Shown: one piece after another, positions 60,440-64,000 of the stretch
Layout of the letters: each line of letters opens with the position of its first letter
Position numbering within the stretch: the stretch's first letter is position 1
Assembly (NCBI GenBank): GCA_963640855.1
Contig: CAVIAJ010000004.1
Span: forward strand, 44,307-108,306
Direction of reading: 5' to 3'
Length of the DNA stretch: 64,000 nucleotides
DNA from: Candidatus Methanomethylophilaceae archaeon
Lineage (GTDB): Archaea > Thermoplasmatota > Thermoplasmata > Methanomassiliicoccales > Methanomethylophilaceae
Notes under the pieces: model-generated
Database searches by the model: none
What the model was told of the DNA's origin: nothing
Seen by the model: only the letters and a program-made list of their open reading frames with translations
Translations under genes and position numbers: made by a program

Positions 60440-62650
60440 TCAGAGGTACAGAATTGCAGTGACCAGACAGATGGTCGAAAGCAATTTGACGAGAACGTGG
60501 ATCGAAGGTCCGGCTGTGTCCTTGAAAGGATCACCGATTGTGTCACCGACAACTGCTGCTGCGTGTGCGGGTGACTTCTTTCCTCCGTGTGCACCGGTCT
60601 CGATGTACTTCTTGGCGTTGTCCCATGCTCCTCCTCCGTTGTTGAGGAAGTTTGCCATGAGAATACCGACGATGGTTGCAACCATGATCAGACCGCCGAC
60701 TGCGTAAGGTGCGAGTCCCTGGAATTCTTTAGGAAGACAGTATCTGTACAGAAGACCGAAGACGACGGGAACGAGAATAGGCAGAAGTGCGGGAACAACC
60801 ATCTGCCTGAGGGCGGATTTGGTTGCGATATCGACACATCTTCCGTATTCGGGCTGTTTCTCGCCGGCCATGATCTTTCCGTCTTTGAACTGCTCACGGA
60901 CTTCCTGAACCATCTCACCCGCTGCGGTACCGACTGCGCGGATTGCGAGGGATGCGAAGAAGAACACAAGTGCCGCTCCGATAAGACCGCCGACGAAGAT
61001 CAGCGGGTTACCGAGAATGACGAGGTTCATCTCATAGATAATGGATGTATCGTTGTGTTCTGCGACAATCTCGAAGAATGCTGCGAACAGAAGGAATGCT
61101 GCGAGTGCAGCGGAAGACATTGCGTAACCTTTCGTGAGTGCTTTTGTGGTGTTACCGACGGAGTCAAGTTTGTCTGTCCTGTTCCTGACTTCTTCAGGCT
61201 GGTTGGACATTTCCGCGATACCGCCTGCGTTGTCTGTGATAGGTCCGAAGGTATCCTCTGCAAGAATGAAAGCAGACGATGCAAGCATCGAAACGGTTGC
61301 GATTGCTGTTCCGTAGAGACCCATGGTCATCCTGTATGTTGAGTCGACGATTGCTCCCTCGATAGCGAAGTATCCGAGAAGGAAGGTTGCGATGATTGCG
61401 ATACCGATGCAGACAACAGGAATGACTGTTGATTCCATACCCACGGAGAGACCCATGATGACGTTTGTTGCGGGTCCGGATTCGGACTGCTCCGCGATTG
61501 TCTTGACAGGCTTGTGGTCTCCGGTGTAGTACTGTGTAACGTAAACAACGACGAGACCCAATGCGATACCGATGACACCGGCGATGGCGAACATCCACCA
61601 GTTGACTGTGTATGCGAGTGCTCCGATCTGTGTAAGACCTTTGTCGCCGTTGAGAAGCCAATAGCACGAGAAGATCATCGTGATGATGACGAGAACCATT
61701 GTCACATAGTAACCAAGGTTGAGTGACTTAATTACGTCTGCTTCGTCATCCTTGAGGCGGACACAGAAGATACCGATCAGGGATGCGATGAGTCCGAAGG
61801 CCATGATGACCAACGGGAGGTAGATGAAGTTGTTGTTGAATGCTCCGAGTGCTGAAAGCTTTACGACTGCGAGACCGATGACCATCGAACCGATGATTTC
61901 GGCTGCTGTTGATTCGAAGATATCCGCACCGCGTCCTGCGCAGTCACCGACGTTGTCACCGACAAGGTCTGCGATAACAGCGGGGTTCCTGGGGTCGTCC
62001 TCGGGGATACCTGCTTCGACTTTTCCGACGAGATCCGCACCGACATCGGCTGCTTTGGTGTAGATACCTCCTCCGAGCTGAGCGAAGAGGGCGGCCATCG
62101 ATGCACCGAATGCGTATCCGACGACAGAGTGGAGTGTTGCGGTCATGTCGCCGTCACACCAGATGTTGTACACGTAGAAGACTGCGAAAAGACCTGCAAG
62201 TGAAAGGACGGAAACTGCGATACCGGAGATTGCTCCTCCGCGGAACGATGTTTTGAATGCTTCGTCGAGAGAGCGTGTTGCGGCTGCTGCCGTCCTGATG
62301 TTCGAATTGACGGAAACCTTCATACCGATGTAACCGGAAAGGATTGAACATCCGGCACCGATGATGAAGGCAACTGCTACCTTACCGTTGAGGTAGTCTT
62401 TGAAGTCCTCGCAGAATCCTACTGCGAAGATGATGACAGCGACAACAAGTGCGATGATAACGATGGTTTTGTACTGTCTTGCGAGGTATGCCATTGCACC
62501 CTCCTCAATCTTGTCCGAGATCGCCTGCATTTCGGGTGTTCCCTTGTCCTTCGAGAAAATCTGCTTGAAGAACACAGCGGCGATCACCAAGGCGACGACT
62601 GCAGCGACAGGTACCATCCACAACAAGTTGTCCATGGTAAACTCAATCAT
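60440..62650 (-). CDS. hppA: Membrane pyrophosphatase, probably K+-independent H+-PPase
   Basis: DVGADLVGKVE, DNVGD, GNTTKA (Lys determinant), GDPFKD. Confidence 0.93.
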   Translation of the reverse strand: MIEFTMDNLLWMVPVAAVVALVIAAVFFKQIFSKDKGTPEMQAISDKIEEGAMAYLARQYKTIVIIALVVAVIIFAVGFCEDFKDYLNGKVAVAFIIGAGCSILSGYIGMKVSVNSNIRTAAAATRSLDEAFKTSFRGGAISGIAVSVLSLAGLFAVFYVYNIWCDGDMTATLHSVVGYAFGASMAALFAQLGGGIYTKAADVGADLVGKVEAGIPEDDPRNPAVIADLVGDNVGDCAGRGADIFESTAAEIIGSMVIGLAVVKLSALGAFNNNFIYLPLVIMAFGLIASLIGIFCVRLKDDEADVIKSLNLGYYVTMVLVIITMIFSCYWLLNGDKGLTQIGALAYTVNWWMFAIAGVIGIALGLVVVYVTQYYTGDHKPVKTIAEQSESGPATNVIMGLSVGMESTVIPVVCIGIAIIATFLLGYFAIEGAIVDSTYRMTMGLYGTAIATVSMLASSAFILAEDTFGPITDNAGGIAEMSNQPEEVRNRTDKLDSVGNTTKALTKGYAMSSAALAAFLLFAAFFEIVAEHNDTSIIYEMNLVILGNPLIFVGGLIGAALVFFFASLAIRAVGTAAGEMVQEVREQFKDGKIMAGEKQPEYGRCVDIATKSALRQMVVPALLPILVPVVFGLLYRYCLPKEFQGLAPYAVGGLIMVATIVGILMANFLNNGGGAWDNAKKYIETGAHGGKKSPAHAAAVVGDTIGDPFKDTAGPSIHVLVKLLSTICLVTAILYL

Positions 62651-62983
62651 TTTAGTTGACTCCTAAAGTGTTGCTGTCCAACCGAACAACCGTTGTTATA
62701 TAAAAAGGGTGGGTAAATTCTTTATATAATATGAATGGGAAAACATCGTCAGGGACGATGGGTTTTTCGGGAAAAAGTCTGAATACTGTGTATCAGACAA
62801 TGTGATTTTCCGTCAGGAATGCACAGGATTACGGCATACGGATGTCTGTGATTTGCGGATGATTCGGATATCGGTTTGTGTTATGAACTCGGGTGTTTGG
62901 CTCATGTGAACTGTGGCTGTTTTTGTCGCGGAAATCCCGATTTCGGGTGAATTTTATAAAGGACACTTTAACTTGTTTAATTC

Positions 62984-64000
62984 ATGAAACAGCTCCCTGT
63001 GGGCATCCAAGATTTCAAAATGGTTCGCGATGAGGACTATTACTTCGTGGACAAAAGCATGCTGATAGGGCAGATACTGAGTATGAATGATTTGGGCGTG
63101 TATTCGATAACAAGGCCACGCCGTTTCGGAAAGTCTCTGAATCTCAGTATGTTGGATGCTTTCTTCAATCTTGAATATAAAGGCAATACGTGGTTCGACG
63201 GGTTGGAAATATCAAAACATCCGGAATATGATCGTTACAGGAATGCATTCCCTGTCATATCATTCAGTCTGAATCTGGGTAATCCCCGTGATTTTGATGA
63301 TTTCGTAAACAGATTCAATTCAATGCTGACCGGTGTATTCGATGAATTCGTATATCTCAGAGAATCGCCTGAATTGGATGAATATACTAAAGAATCATTC
63401 GAAAAATATCGTTCAGGGGAGAAATCCGTTGTCGATTCCGAATATGCATTGTATGAATTGTGTTACATATTGGAAAAGCACCACGATTCCAAGGTTGTAG
63501 TGCTGATTGATGATTATGATTCCACGATCAAATGCACGGAAGATAAAGAGCTCCGTCGCAGAATTGTATCATTCCTCGGATCTGTTCTGGAACAGTTGCT
63601 TAAACAGAACAGATGCTACAAACTCGGCGTTTTAACAGGCATTACTCAGGTGATTATGGCTGATGATTTCGGCGGATTCAACAATGTCATCAGAGACGAC
63701 ATTCTCAATACCGATTTCGGAGAGATATACGGTTTTACTGAAGATGAAGTAAAACAAATCTGTGCGGATTACGGTCATCCCGAGAAGTTTGAGGAAGCAA
63801 AAGAATGGTACGGCGGATACCGTTTCAACGAATCGGAACTCTGCAATCCCTGGAGTGTTCTGAATTACATTCAGAAGGACTTCAAACCCGATTCTTATTG
63901 GGTAGAAACAAGCAGTAACAGAGAGATATATGACATCATATCGAATGCAGACGGCAGATCCGTTGAAAAACTGCAGAATCTGATTTCCGGCGGAACAATC
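62984..64000 (+). CDS. AAA-ATPase-like protein (PD-(D/E)XK nuclease-associated family), 3' truncated by window
   Basis: LP.G..DF...R...Y.VDKS, RPRRFGKS, LIDDYD, GFTE.EV, WY.GY, NPWS. Confidence 0.88.
   Translation, partial: MKQLPVGIQDFKMVRDEDYYFVDKSMLIGQILSMNDLGVYSITRPRRFGKSLNLSMLDAFFNLEYKGNTWFDGLEISKHPEYDRYRNAFPVISFSLNLGNPRDFDDFVNRFNSMLTGVFDEFVYLRESPELDEYTKESFEKYRSGEKSVVDSEYALYELCYILEKHHDSKVVVLIDDYDSTIKCTEDKELRRRIVSFLGSVLEQLLKQNRCYKLGVLTGITQVIMADDFGGFNNVIRDDILNTDFGEIYGFTEDEVKQICADYGHPEKFEEAKEWYGGYRFNESELCNPWSVLNYIQKDFKPDSYWVETSSNREIYDIISNADGRSVEKLQNLISGGTI

Overview
Chromosomal window from a Methanomassiliicoccales (Methanomethylophilaceae-like) archaeon, inferred from gene content: archaeal IleRS and GlyRS, MAT, Fen1, RpoE1/Spt4, S24e/S27ae/L40e, HypA/D and AcnX-type phosphomevalonate dehydratase. 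From about 14.6 kb onward it is mostly housekeeping genes, with tRNA-Arg(CCG), a TrpY-type operator upstream of trpB2, a CBS-HPF (Hib-like) gene and an ORB-like candidate replication origin. The 4.4-14.5 kb stretch is accessory. It holds decayed genes, two AAA_14/DUF4143 ATPases and a 3.7-kb element without a visible integrase, inserted at the 3' end of tRNA-Ile(GAU) with 23-bp att repeats. The most striking feature is inside that element: two different predicted nuclease genes (a PIN domain and a DUF3800-like RNase H-fold domain) are each followed immediately by their own tandem-duplicated structured element. Each tandem has a conserved core, covarying closing stems and a TATA-like box, which suggests archaeal RNA-antitoxin (type III-like) modules. 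Family assignments come from motif recognition by eye, not from database searches.
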